A stretch of 64,000 bases of DNA from a virus: positions 1-64,000 of IMG/VR virus record IMGVR_UViG_3300028025_003409; one strand, 5' to 3'. Positions 48,696-57,654 of this stretch are shown here, one piece after another; within the stretch, counting starts at the first letter, position 1, and each line of letters begins with the position of its first letter. The notes under the pieces were generated by a model. The model was not told the origin of the DNA, ran no database searches, and was given only the letters and a program-made list of their open reading frames with translations. The position numbers were made by a program, and so were the translations under genes.

Positions 48696-49259
48696 TTATA
48701 CCACAGAAATAAGTAGTTCTACTACTTTCTGTCCGACCACTTCTACCCAGTTGGAGTTGTTTAGTTCGATTGCATTGACAATAATCTTAAGCGCTCTGAC
48801 CTGATTGTCTGTAATGATCTCTAAAGATTTCACGGTAGTTATGATTGGCAAATCATTGACAATAGACTTTTGAACATTGATCTTATCAATAGTGACGGTT
48901 GCAACAAGGTCTTCTGGGACAATGCTAATAAGTGGAATAATAATCTGAGCATTACCGCCTATAAAGTCAGAAACAACGCTCTTACTAGTAAAGTTTGGGA
49001 TAATCTTTAAGATCTGTCTCCAACTGTTTACTCCATCAGCATTCTGATACTGGTACAAAAACAGGTAAGACTCATCTTGTGGATCTACATTTATATACAT
49101 GTCTAAAAGGTTTGGACTTAGTTCTGCTGTATTTGGAAAACCATTTCCAACAAACCAATAACTTCCTCTTTTCCCTGTTGGACCAATATCAAGATCTACT
49201 GAAATTTTAGAAGGACCACCTAAAACAGTTATATCGTCTGTAGAATAAATCTCAGGCAT
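48696..49259 (-). CDS. structural protein
   Basis: GPTGKRGS..GNGFP..DMYIN collagen-adjacent motif. Confidence 0.55.
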   Translation of the reverse strand: MPEIYSTDDITVLGGPSKISVDLDIGPTGKRGSYWFVGNGFPNTAELSPNLLDMYINVDPQDESYLFLYQYQNADGVNSWRQILKIIPNFTSKSVVSDFIGGNAQIIIPLISIVPEDLVATVTIDKINVQKSIVNDLPIITTVKSLEIITDNQVRALKIIVNAIELNNSNWVEVVGQKVVELLISVV

Positions 49260-49261
49260 AT

Positions 49262-49621
49262 TTAGACTCCTTGAGTTACGTCTGCTGTAACAGTAACTGT
49301 TCCAGTTAGGATTGTATATACAAGTGGGTATGGCGTTGCGCTTTTGCTAATCTGAATATCATAAACATACTGTGTACCAGCAGTTAATTGTGCTCCATCT
49401 GCTGGTCTAATCGCACAGATTGCTTTTGTAGGGTCATCTGCACTGACTACAGCGTAGCACTCTACTGGAGTTGTTCCAGATCCTCTTTGTGTAGATATCG
49501 AAAACTTGATTGTGTAGCCAGACATGATAAAAGCGGATCCATCGCTTTGTTTTGGGTAGATAGAAAAATCTTGAGTATCACCCTTGTAGTATGTTAAGTT
49601 TAGTTCTCCTGGAAATGCCAT
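49262..49621 (-). CDS. BppU-N-like baseplate protein
   Basis: LTYYKGDT...YVYDIQI...ILTGTVTVTADVT. Confidence 0.65.
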   Translation of the reverse strand: MAFPGELNLTYYKGDTQDFSIYPKQSDGSAFIMSGYTIKFSISTQRGSGTTPVECYAVVSADDPTKAICAIRPADGAQLTAGTQYVYDIQISKSATPYPLVYTILTGTVTVTADVTQGV

Positions 49622-49627
49622 ACTTTA

Positions 49628-50329
49628 TTATACCACGCCGACATAAATAGAATTGAGGATAATTGATGATTCGTGATCAGTTCTAAACTGAGGAATAGCC
49701 CCTTCGCTCCAAGACCACTTATCTTCTATAAATATTTGCTGGGTTACTGACATTGGGTAGGTAGTTTGATATTTAAAGGATCCCAAAAATTGACAAATAT
49801 TCTGTTTTGATTTTGAAGAATATGTCCTTGCCCACAATTCTGTTCCTGTTTGAAAGGTAGTTACCTCAAAATTATATGTAACAAAAACTTGTGCTCCTAC
49901 GTTAAGCCCAAGAAAATTAATTCTTCTTGAATCTTGATTCCAAAGACTAGTGCATCCTTTTGGCAAAAATTTTTCATCTGCTTCCTTTTGATTTGACAAA
50001 AATACATCTACCCAACCGTCTACACCTTTGTCTGCCCCCAAGCGTATTTCTTTTCCTTGTCCTGAGTAGTAACTTGCCCAACCAGACTGCTGTCCAGAAG
50101 AAGACACTGATGATGCTCCGTCTTTTCCTTTGGGCCCTTGTTCTCCCCTAGGTCCTTGAGGTCCTTCTGGCCCCTGCTTTCCTGGCTCACCCCTTGGACC
50201 TTCTGGTCCTGGAAGTGGAAGAAATACTTGATTGCTTTCTGAATTTTCAGTTGCCTGCATCTGTTGAACTTGTGCAGCATATGAGGATTTTCTTGCGTTT
50301 GGAAAGTCCATAGATTTAGAAGAGGCCAT
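49628..50329 (-). CDS. collagen-like (GXY) protein
   Basis: About 11 GXY triplets, GPEGPRGEPGKQGPEGPQGPRGEQGPKGKDG. Confidence 0.8.
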   Translation of the reverse strand: MASSKSMDFPNARKSSYAAQVQQMQATENSESNQVFLPLPGPEGPRGEPGKQGPEGPQGPRGEQGPKGKDGASSVSSSGQQSGWASYYSGQGKEIRLGADKGVDGWVDVFLSNQKEADEKFLPKGCTSLWNQDSRRINFLGLNVGAQVFVTYNFEVTTFQTGTELWARTYSSKSKQNICQFLGSFKYQTTYPMSVTQQIFIEDKWSWSEGAIPQFRTDHESSIILNSIYVGVV

Positions 50330-50349
50330 AACAGCATTATCTCACTATT

Positions 50350-50436
50350 TTATTTATTTACTTTAAAAACTTTATCTTTGATTTTAATTACTGGTGGCAA
50401 CTCAGGTCTAGGAGTTGTAACTTTTACTACAGCCAT
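50350..50436 (-). CDS. 28-aa basic peptide
   Basis: MAVVKVTTPRPELPPVIKIKDKVFKVNK, TAATG-coupled to the upstream gene. Confidence 0.5.
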   Translation of the reverse strand: MAVVKVTTPRPELPPVIKIKDKVFKVNK

Positions 50437-50816
50437 TATAGACTTCCTGTAATATCACCAATGACCGAAATAGTTCCAATCAAAGGTGTCCAGATTGTTT
50501 CTCCATCAATGGTTACTTGAAGATCAAAAGTTAATTCTGTTACAACTGATTTAAATCCAATACCCCAAAACTGAGTAATTGATGCTGGGGCCATAATGTC
50601 GACATATCCAACTCCTGGTGTAATTTCCAGGGAATCAAGAAAATCAGACTGAGGATCATAAGAGGTAGCCTCATAGGTCCAATCGGAGGTATCAAAATAT
50701 GTTGCTTCGTCATCCTGCAAGAATTCAACACGAAGCGGAGAGGTATCTCCTCTAACGATATTCCATTTGATACGAGCAGGGTCTGCTCCAAAAATCTCAG
50801 GTGCACAAAGAGTCAT
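50436..50816 (-). CDS. BppU-N-like baseplate protein
   Basis: WNIVRGDT...FDLQV...GTISVIGDIT. Confidence 0.6.
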   Translation of the reverse strand: MTLCAPEIFGADPARIKWNIVRGDTSPLRVEFLQDDEATYFDTSDWTYEATSYDPQSDFLDSLEITPGVGYVDIMAPASITQFWGIGFKSVVTELTFDLQVTIDGETIWTPLIGTISVIGDITGSL

Positions 50817-51044
50817 AGTAATAAGATTATACCATAAAAAAACAAATATTTAGAGTCAGCGTAAAAGTCATAGAATTAAGAGATTATATTTAAAGTTATC
50901 AAATCGTTATAATAGACAATGTCCGTTTTGTCATAAAAAGTCTTAAAGGTCAGGATCTTCGTAGTGTATACTAAATATATATAAGAAAAAAGAACTATCT
51001 TGAAGGTTTGTATATAGAAGATATCTTATATATAGTATATAGAG

Positions 51045-51317
51045 TTACTTTGGTTTGGCAATATACTCAATCAGAATATCATACATATGGTCAAGTTTAT
51101 TCTTCATAACCTTATGATCTTCTTTCATCTGAGTTCTAGTAGCATCGGCTTCGTTAATTCTCATTTCTAGTCTCGAAATTTGATCCTTCATCGATGATCC
51201 AGAATTGGGTTTAAGTTCTGCCAAATAATGTTTGACTAGCCACTTGATTGCAAAAGCAATAGATGATACAATTGTAAGTATGGCTACAATTAGGGAAGCC
51301 CAGTCTTGGATTGTCAT
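51045..51317 (-). CDS. membrane protein, holin-like
   Basis: Start MTIQDW; one TM helix, ELKPNSGSSMKD motif, coiled coil. Confidence 0.6.
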   Translation of the reverse strand: MTIQDWASLIVAILTIVSSIAFAIKWLVKHYLAELKPNSGSSMKDQISRLEMRINEADATRTQMKEDHKVMKNKLDHMYDILIEYIAKPK

Positions 51318-51343
51318 AACTAGATTATTATAAGGGGTGTTTT

Positions 51344-52177
51344 GTGAAAAATAGAACTGAGTTCTCTTCAGCAGCATTTCTTTTTAGAGAAAAACCATTT
51401 ATCAATAGCATATCAAGTAGCAATTTAGAATATATTAAAGGCGAGTCTTATTCTTACTATATTAATGACCAGCCAAGTAAAAAAACAAAAGACGATATTG
51501 AGTATAAACTAAATAATTATCTTTTTAGATCTGATGATTTTTGCAAAGAAGATTCTGGAGATAACTTTTTATTTGCTGGATGCTCACAAACTGTCACATT
51601 AGGGCTACCACTAGAGTTAAGTTGGGCTAACAAAGTTAATTCTAATTTTGATAAAAATAAGTATATTAACATATCTGGAGTTGGTCTTGCCATTGATGCA
51701 ATAGTTAGCAATATAGTTCACTACATTGACTTGTTTGGAAAACCTAAGGCAATTATTGCTTTATTCCCAGATCACTACAGGGTTACAGAAATAAAGCATG
51801 ACACAATAACAACAGACTGGCTAGATCCAAGAGAATATGATAAAAATGTTGATAGAATAGAAGATGCAATATTTAAAGACTATCTTTCTTTTAAAAATTT
51901 AGAAATGATATGCAAAGCAAATGGGATACCCTTGGTCTATTCTAGTTGGCAGCCACATACTGCTAAGGTAATAAAGAAGTTAACAGAAAAGTCTTTCTTG
52001 GAAAATGGATTTGATATATATGAAAACATTGATATAGATCTAAAACTTTTTTCAAAGAAAAATAGCAAGTATCCTCATTACTGGGAATATGCAAGAGATG
52101 GTGTCCATTACGGAGAAAGAGACAATCTTATGTTTGCTCAATCATTTACCAATAAACTAAAAGAGTTAGGTTTCTAA
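51344..52177 (+). CDS. SGNH/GDSL-like hydrolase
   Basis: FLFAGCSQT block I and RDGVHYG (DxxH) block V. Confidence 0.55.
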   Translation: MKNRTEFSSAAFLFREKPFINSISSSNLEYIKGESYSYYINDQPSKKTKDDIEYKLNNYLFRSDDFCKEDSGDNFLFAGCSQTVTLGLPLELSWANKVNSNFDKNKYINISGVGLAIDAIVSNIVHYIDLFGKPKAIIALFPDHYRVTEIKHDTITTDWLDPREYDKNVDRIEDAIFKDYLSFKNLEMICKANGIPLVYSSWQPHTAKVIKKLTEKSFLENGFDIYENIDIDLKLFSKKNSKYPHYWEYARDGVHYGERDNLMFAQSFTNKLKELGF

Positions 52178-52947
52178 TGATTCAAGATATATTAGACACT
52201 ATCGAGTATTCAAAACAACTTATCATATCCCCCGATATGGATGGGTTTATGACGGCAAAATTATTAGAGCGTTTTAACGGTTCGAAAATAGTAGGTTCTT
52301 ATGATAAGAATCTTTTATGTCTCGCCGACGGGATCAACCCAGAGGAATGCTTGTTCGTCGATTGCGATATGAATAGGCAAGAGTATGTTTCTCTCGGAAA
52401 TCATATGCGCTTGCTTGAGGACAATATGTCGGTTGAATCATTTAATCCAAATGTGCACTTCGGCGTTTCGATATATAGCGACAAGTTTCCCTTCGCCACT
52501 GCGTTTTTAATTTCGTTCGCAACAGAGGCCCAAACCTCCGAAGAAGACCTTATCCGCATGGCTTTCGCTGATTCTACATTACGCAATATGGAAAAATATA
52601 GCGACAACATGCGAAATTGGTCTACACGGATGGATCATCCTGCAGTTAAGTACATAGTGGACAATTCGGACATTGCAAAAAGAAATGATGCACAAGCAAG
52701 GTTTGATTATGTAGACCAATCATTTACATCTAAAAGATACGGCAAGGCAAGATATCTGGATACCCTTAATAAGGCCCTAGAAGGCCAGGGGATGAAGTTT
52801 GAACCACTTACCAGGGGTAGCAAGTACATCTGCGACAAAGTTGGCAAAGAAACCGTTATGCGGTATAATAGAGATATCATATCTTACGCAGAGATCTTTA
52901 CAGGAGAATACTCTGTTACCTATGACCAAGAGACGGAATGGAAGTAA
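52177..52947 (+). CDS. DHH-like phosphoesterase (tentative)
   Basis: IISPDMDG and LFVDCD resemble DHH motifs I and II; no canonical DHH motif seen. Confidence 0.4.
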   Translation: MIQDILDTIEYSKQLIISPDMDGFMTAKLLERFNGSKIVGSYDKNLLCLADGINPEECLFVDCDMNRQEYVSLGNHMRLLEDNMSVESFNPNVHFGVSIYSDKFPFATAFLISFATEAQTSEEDLIRMAFADSTLRNMEKYSDNMRNWSTRMDHPAVKYIVDNSDIAKRNDAQARFDYVDQSFTSKRYGKARYLDTLNKALEGQGMKFEPLTRGSKYICDKVGKETVMRYNRDIISYAEIFTGEYSVTYDQETEWK

Positions 52948-52948
52948 T

Positions 52949-53554
52949 ATGTTTACATGGGGAAAACACCTTATCAGAGTTGTTCATAATTTTGCTACGC
53001 CAGATGAGTTGTCTATCCTAGATGACTACTTAAAGTCACTTCCAGATTTTCATACAAAATCAGTCTCATGGCTAGATTTTATTGAAGCCGAGCATTTGCC
53101 AGAGTATAAAATTGATGATCCAAACGTAGAAAAGGTTATGCGTGAATTAAATACACGAACTAACAAATACATAACAGAAGTCTATTTCCCCGAATCAGAG
53201 TTAAGTGTCATCAGAGATAATGGAAATAGAGAGTTGGAACTTGTTAGATGGAGTGCTATGTCACACCTTGCTCCTCATTCAGACTGGAGACTTGCAGATG
53301 GATCTCCTTATCCATTAACACTGCCACAATTTACAATTGGATCTCTTATATATATCAATAAAGACTATGCAGGCGGAGAGATTAACTTTCCAGATTATGA
53401 TTTTAAGTTAGATCCCCAACCTGGAGATTTAATTTTGTTTCCCTGCCAATATATGCATGAAGTTCTACAAGTACTTCCACTTAAAGGAAAAGAAAAAGCA
53501 AACAGATATACCATGCCAGTATTTTACTGGTTTGACTTAGAGGAAAAGGAATAA
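52949..53554 (+). CDS. 2OG-Fe(II) oxygenase, prolyl-4-hydroxylase-like
   Basis: HSD...YINKDYAGGEINF...PQPGDLILFP...HEV...R. Confidence 0.85.
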   Translation: MFTWGKHLIRVVHNFATPDELSILDDYLKSLPDFHTKSVSWLDFIEAEHLPEYKIDDPNVEKVMRELNTRTNKYITEVYFPESELSVIRDNGNRELELVRWSAMSHLAPHSDWRLADGSPYPLTLPQFTIGSLIYINKDYAGGEINFPDYDFKLDPQPGDLILFPCQYMHEVLQVLPLKGKEKANRYTMPVFYWFDLEEKE

Positions 53555-53558
53555 TACA

Positions 53559-53753
53559 ATGCCACAAAAACAAGATGTAGTTAACTTAATGACAAATGTC
53601 ATCAATGATCTAAATTTTCAGAAAGCCATGCAAGATGGTGTTGACGAAATGCAGATTCGTAATTCGATTGCCCAGCATCAGGATGAACTTAATTTCATCA
53701 ATGGTATTTTAGTTGATGCGCTAAAGGCAAACAACCTTATTAATGTAGACTAA
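53559..53753 (+). CDS. hypothetical protein
   Basis: 64-aa ORF with SD. Confidence 0.6.
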   Translation: MPQKQDVVNLMTNVINDLNFQKAMQDGVDEMQIRNSIAQHQDELNFINGILVDALKANNLINVD

Positions 53754-53756
53754 AAC

Positions 53757-54521
53757 TTAGTCGACAATAGTTTCTCTAGAACCAGGTTTATTGGCTTCAA
53801 AACCAAATATAAGGTTTGCTCTAGGCCCTATAGCAGACACTTCATGCCATAGTTCTTTAGGTATAAAGATTACATCTCCTGGCTCTAGGATAAACTCTGT
53901 AGGTTCTGAATCATACGCTTCTGATGTACGCCATCTTGTTTTGCCCAAACACTGAAGGTTAAGCACATCAGCGTTATCTCTATGCCTTGTTGAAGACTTG
54001 TCCCAATCGGTTACAGAAAATACAGAATTAATGTCTGTTAGTTCGCCATCATAGATTTCTGTCAATTCTCTAATATAGAAGTCTTTGTTTCTATAGTGAT
54101 CGGATGTCTTAGGCGATACTAAATTGAATTCCCCCCAAAATTGTAAAATACCTATAACCTTCTTGCCAGCCTTCTCAAATGCTTCATTTCTAAACATTGG
54201 ATCATCATCATGTGCACAGGAGTTTACGTTATTTAAGAATTCTTCCCAATATGGAAGCATGTCTTTTGGGATAGCCCCTCTTAGAACTGTTCCAGTGTTT
54301 GTTAGTACTGCGTTTAGGATCTGATTATGATATAAGTCTTTTTTGTTGCAATCCTTACATACCGTTTCTGAAAAAATTTTTACAGACAGGTTTTCTGGAT
54401 CAGGCCTACCTAGGTCTTCCCAAAATTGTTCTCTACCCATGGAGTCAGTGTTAGGCATTGCTTTTGATTCGAACTGGAATTCACTGTCCCAGGCATTTTC
54501 TAGATTGTCCAAAATTCCCAT
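53757..54521 (-). CDS. JmjC/cupin-4-type oxygenase with N-terminal extension
   Basis: HRD...QCLGKTRW...LEPGDVIFIPKELWHEV. Confidence 0.8.
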   Translation of the reverse strand: MGILDNLENAWDSEFQFESKAMPNTDSMGREQFWEDLGRPDPENLSVKIFSETVCKDCNKKDLYHNQILNAVLTNTGTVLRGAIPKDMLPYWEEFLNNVNSCAHDDDPMFRNEAFEKAGKKVIGILQFWGEFNLVSPKTSDHYRNKDFYIRELTEIYDGELTDINSVFSVTDWDKSSTRHRDNADVLNLQCLGKTRWRTSEAYDSEPTEFILEPGDVIFIPKELWHEVSAIGPRANLIFGFEANKPGSRETIVD

Positions 54522-54668
54522 ATCTCATTCTACCATAAATCTGAATATTTTTACTAGATGTATGATACAAGAAATAAAAAAATAAAACATAAAAATATAG
54601 TGAGCACTTTTACAGGTGATGATGTGTATTTATTTAATCACACCACCACCCGCAAAGTGATCTGGGTA

Positions 54669-54959
54669 CTACCCCGACTTACTTAGTATGGGTACCACCT
54701 TGCGATCCAAAAAGTTTTTCATCTTTTCGGTATCTTTCTTTTGCTTGATGTCTATGTTAGTAATACCTAAATCTCTAACTACCTTGCTAGTTTCTACTAC
54801 AATAGTTTTAGCGAATGCAACACCTAAAAGTTTTAGACCTAAAGGAATTGCAACCACCGCACCGATTGTTAGCACTAGCATCATGATAGCCATAAAAATA
54901 AGTGAGTACTGTACTACATTAGCAAACCACTCGAATGGTGCAGAAATAAAATCAAACAT
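54669..54959 (-). CDS. membrane protein
   Basis: AGGAG SD; long hydrophobic N-terminal segment. Confidence 0.65.
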   Translation of the reverse strand: MFDFISAPFEWFANVVQYSLIFMAIMMLVLTIGAVVAIPLGLKLLGVAFAKTIVVETSKVVRDLGITNIDIKQKKDTEKMKNFLDRKVVPILSKSG

Positions 54960-54968
54960 TTATTCTCC

Positions 54969-55178
54969 TTAGTCTGATGTAGTGAGTGTTGATGTGGGGG
55001 TGAGTGAGTCTAGGTAATCTTGGCGTACCTTAGACATAACTCTATCTATCTGTGCATAAGCATTAGCACACTTATAGCAATAGGTTTCTGTGTTGATGCC
55101 TAGCATAAAGGCATCTGTTCCACTATAGACTAACTCTGTTGAGTCGCAGTTAATTACCTTGCATGTATTTGTGTTCAT
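54969..55178 (-). CDS. small Cys-containing protein
   Basis: C-x4-C...CxxC. Confidence 0.6.
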   Translation of the reverse strand: MNTNTCKVINCDSTELVYSGTDAFMLGINTETYCYKCANAYAQIDRVMSKVRQDYLDSLTPTSTLTTSD

Positions 55179-55182
55179 TTAT

Positions 55183-55287
55183 TTATCTCTTTTCTGTAGT
55201 GCATGAGCAGGGGTTGATTGTTATTTGTTTTCCTTTTTGTGTAACTACCGCTAGGGTGTTACATGATGAGCATAGGTATAGGTGCAT
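55183..55287 (-). CDS. 34-aa Cys peptide
   Basis: MHLYLCSSCNTLAVVTQKGKQITINPCSCTTEKR, TAATG-coupled. Confidence 0.55.
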   Translation of the reverse strand: MHLYLCSSCNTLAVVTQKGKQITINPCSCTTEKR

Positions 55288-55379
55288 TAGAATTCACTTT
55301 CCTTATCTAGCATGGTGGGGACTAGTACAATTATAGTGCATAGCACTGACAAAACTAGGATGATAATAGGTAGGCTCAT
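55287..55379 (-). CDS. 30-aa membrane peptide
   Basis: MSLPIIILVLSVLCTIIVLVPTMLDKESEF, TAATG-coupled. Confidence 0.55.
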   Translation of the reverse strand: MSLPIIILVLSVLCTIIVLVPTMLDKESEF

Positions 55380-55555
55380 TAGATACACTCCTCACATGGG
55401 CATTGTGGGAATTCTGCATCTTGCTTAATGCGATTAGCAAGGGCAATAACCTTTTTATAGGTATCGGCAGACGCACCCCTAAAGGATACTACCTTACCCT
55501 CGGCTACTAATTGAGCAGCCTTATTTATTTTTTGTTCTAGTGTTAATGTAGTCAT
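55379..55555 (-). CDS. 58-aa protein
   Basis: GAAAGGTGG SD; MTTLTLEQKINKAA...CPCEECI. Confidence 0.65.
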   Translation of the reverse strand: MTTLTLEQKINKAAQLVAEGKVVSFRGASADTYKKVIALANRIKQDAEFPQCPCEECI

Positions 55556-55703
55556 TTGATGACCACCTTTCTTTTTAATGCGATATCTATTTGATACCTT
55601 TTTCCTTGACCTAGGTTATTTGCTCTTATTTGCTACGCTCACCCGATAATCGGTTTATTTGGTAGGCTCAGAGGCTCACTAGGATTTTTCTTTATTTAAT
55701 TTT

Positions 55704-55801
55704 TCTTACTATGTAAGTCTAGCAAAAAATCTAATAAATATCAACTTACTAGCCAGTATTCTCATATAATGAGACGCTTGGGCTATGTGATTTAGGTCAC
55801 T
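55704..55801 (-). promoter_or_regulatory. leftward promoter module (CRP-like site, TACTGGCTAGTAA, TTGATA...TAGACT)
   Basis: Inverted homologue of 59038-59134. Confidence 0.7.
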
Positions 55802-55886
55802 TATTTGCTAGGCTCATATAACTTTTTGTTATCTTATTTGCTAGGCTCATAACCTTTTATCTCTATTTAATTTTTCTTATACTAGT

Positions 55887-55915
55887 ATAATAACACATCT
55901 ACCCCTAAAAGTCAA
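55887..55915 (-). promoter_or_regulatory. leftward sigmaA promoter
   Basis: TTGACT-17nt-TATTAT. Confidence 0.7.
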
Positions 55916-56007
55916 GTCCTAGCACGGCGTGTCGTGTGTGATATGCGTCACATGGGGACGTGCATGATCTACCCCCTATACAGGTACCCCCTATCTAGGA
56001 CGTGCCC

Positions 56008-56027
56008 TGTGGATAACCTGTGTATAA
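56008..56027. promoter_or_regulatory. tandem DnaA boxes
   Basis: TGTGGATAA (56008) and TGTGTATAA (56019) match TTWTNCACA. Confidence 0.7.
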
Positions 56028-56096
56028 CTATAGTGGTATACATCACATGTGTGCTACATCACAATGTCCAATTTATACCTTTTATACCCTCGTAAA

Positions 56097-56118
56097 TGTC
56101 AGACCCCCCTGTTATACT
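56097..56118 (+). promoter_or_regulatory. PafBC/RecA-NDp-type promoter
   Basis: TGTCAG-N10-TATACT. Confidence 0.7.
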
Positions 56119-56170
56119 TACTAGTATAAAGAAAGTCAGAAAAGGTTTCTGAACTAGAAAGGACAATAAA

Positions 56171-56344
56171 ATGTCAAACAGTATTTTCGGTCAAGGTTTC
56201 GCTAAGGTTAGCGATTACCCTAAAGGTCTAATGAACCTCTGCCCTTGTGGGCAGGTAGTCTTAGCACCTGCTAAGTATCACGCAGGTCAGCCTTGGTGGG
56301 ATAACCCCAACAAGTGTAAAGAATTATTCGAAGGAGTAAAATAA
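56171..56344 (+). CDS. 57-aa protein
   Basis: GAAAGGA SD; MSNSIFGQGF...CPCG...ELFEGVK. Confidence 0.65.
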   Translation: MSNSIFGQGFAKVSDYPKGLMNLCPCGQVVLAPAKYHAGQPWWDNPNKCKELFEGVK

Positions 56345-56473
56345 ATGAACTTAGATGAATACAAGCAAATGATAGAGGCTCAACGCCTCACCTCTTTAGC
56401 AATAGCGTTAGACGCTCTACGCAAATCCAATGCCATAATGGAAAACACTTTCAATTTAGAGGAGAATGAATAA
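56345..56473 (+). CDS. 42-aa protein
   Basis: AAGGAG SD; MNLDEYKQMIEAQR... Confidence 0.6.
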   Translation: MNLDEYKQMIEAQRLTSLAIALDALRKSNAIMENTFNLEENE

Positions 56474-56740
56474 ATGAAAACACTTCAAGAAAAATTAGAC
56501 CTTGCTGCAAAAGCAGTTGAGCCAGTTTTAGCAGAATTGCTAAATGAGGTTGATGAAAAAACCGACTATGAATTAGAACAAGAATTGCAAGAGCAATTTG
56601 ATGAATACATAAATGATTCGCATGACCCAGTAATGATTGCAGGAATTTTATTTTATCCTGCTGACATTCTAAAAGAATGCGACCCAATCGCTTATCGTGT
56701 TTTTCTAAATGATTTTGAATCGTATTTAGAAAACGAATAA
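56474..56740 (+). CDS. acidic hypothetical protein
   Basis: GAGGAG SD; FDEYIND...ILKECDPIAYR. Confidence 0.7.
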   Translation: MKTLQEKLDLAAKAVEPVLAELLNEVDEKTDYELEQELQEQFDEYINDSHDPVMIAGILFYPADILKECDPIAYRVFLNDFESYLENE

Positions 56741-56829
56741 ATAAAAACCAAGATCGCAGAAATAAAACTCTGCGATTTTTTGGGACGTCCCGTGTGATGC
56801 GAATCACATTCAAAATACGGCGTGTCGTC

Positions 56830-56858
56830 TTGACTTTTTGAGATTTCTCTGCTATACT
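56830..56858 (+). promoter_or_regulatory. sigmaA promoter with GTGTC 3 bp upstream of -35
   Basis: TTGACT-17nt-TATACT. Confidence 0.8.
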
Positions 56859-56907
56859 TCTAGTATAAAGAAAATTGAGAAAGGTTCTCAAATTGAAAGG
56901 AGTCCAA

Positions 56908-57012
56908 ATGGACTATAACGAATACTATGATGAAATTTATCTAGAAATCTATGAGGAGTTTGGCGCTGAAAGCGTATCAGACCCAGCCTACGCTGAATCT
57001 CTAAAAAAGTGA
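56908..57012 (+). CDS. 34-aa acidic Tyr-rich peptide
   Basis: GAAAGGAG SD; MDYNEYYDEIYLEIYEEFGAESVSDPAYAESLKK. Confidence 0.65.
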   Translation: MDYNEYYDEIYLEIYEEFGAESVSDPAYAESLKK

Positions 57013-57044
57013 TGTAAATCACACAACGCCTACGGCGTGTCGCC

Positions 57045-57073
57045 TTGACTTTTCAGGGTATGTGTGATAGTCT
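57045..57073 (+). promoter_or_regulatory. sigmaA promoter with GTGTC 3 bp upstream of -35
   Basis: TTGACT-17nt-TAGTCT. Confidence 0.7.
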
Positions 57074-57175
57074 TACTACATAAGAAAAACTAAATAAAGG
57101 ACAAATTGGCTAATGAGCCTAAGCAAATAAATGTGATACAAATCACAGTGAGCCTTAGCGAATAAGTAGCCGAAA

Positions 57176-57197
57176 TGTCAGCCCCCAATGGTAAGAT
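57176..57197 (+). promoter_or_regulatory. PafBC/RecA-NDp-type promoter
   Basis: TGTCAG-N10-TAAGAT. Confidence 0.65.
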
Positions 57198-57230
57198 AGT
57201 CTTATCAAACAAACGAAAGGAAGTCTAAAA

Positions 57231-57428
57231 ATGACTTACACTATAACACTAGAAACCTTTTCAGGTTCTACAAAAAAAATCAACCTTGCCTCTAAGGGTG
57301 CGGTTGCTCAATTCATCTCAACTTATCCAACTCAACTACCTGTTGGCGTTGCTGTAAAAATCGCTTGCGATACCCTCGGAATTAGTGGCACACTTCGTGG
57401 CACTTCTACACTTACAAAATCAAACTAA
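57231..57428 (+). CDS. hypothetical protein
   Basis: GAAAGGA SD. Confidence 0.65.
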   Translation: MTYTITLETFSGSTKKINLASKGAVAQFISTYPTQLPVGVAVKIACDTLGISGTLRGTSTLTKSN

Positions 57429-57447
57429 AGAATAGGAAATAAAATAA

Positions 57448-57654
57448 ATGACTAAAGTAGAACACTCTCTAAAGTTCGTAACCGAGTTCGATGAAACTCA
57501 CCCAGTAGCACTACAAGCACTATCTATCCCTCACTCAGATTTGGTTGCTATGCTTGAAGGAATGCTAAAAGATTTGCTAGTGCCTGCCCTCGGTCCTGTA
57601 CTTGATGAAATAAATGCTCGTGGCACTTATGCAATTCTAAAGGTGGCCGAGTAA
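57448..57654 (+). CDS. hypothetical protein
   Basis: ORF in early module. Confidence 0.65.
   Translation: MTKVEHSLKFVTEFDETHPVALQALSIPHSDLVAMLEGMLKDLLVPALGPVLDEINARGTYAILKVAE

Noticed and set aside
52799-52948. Longer N-terminus for the 2OG-Fe(II) oxygenase
   Set aside because: It overlaps the upstream CDS; the ATG at 52949 directly after the stop is more plausible
55371-55379. TAGGCTCA as another copy of the TGAGCCTAGCAAATAA repeat
   Set aside because: Only 8 nt match, and it coincides with a start codon
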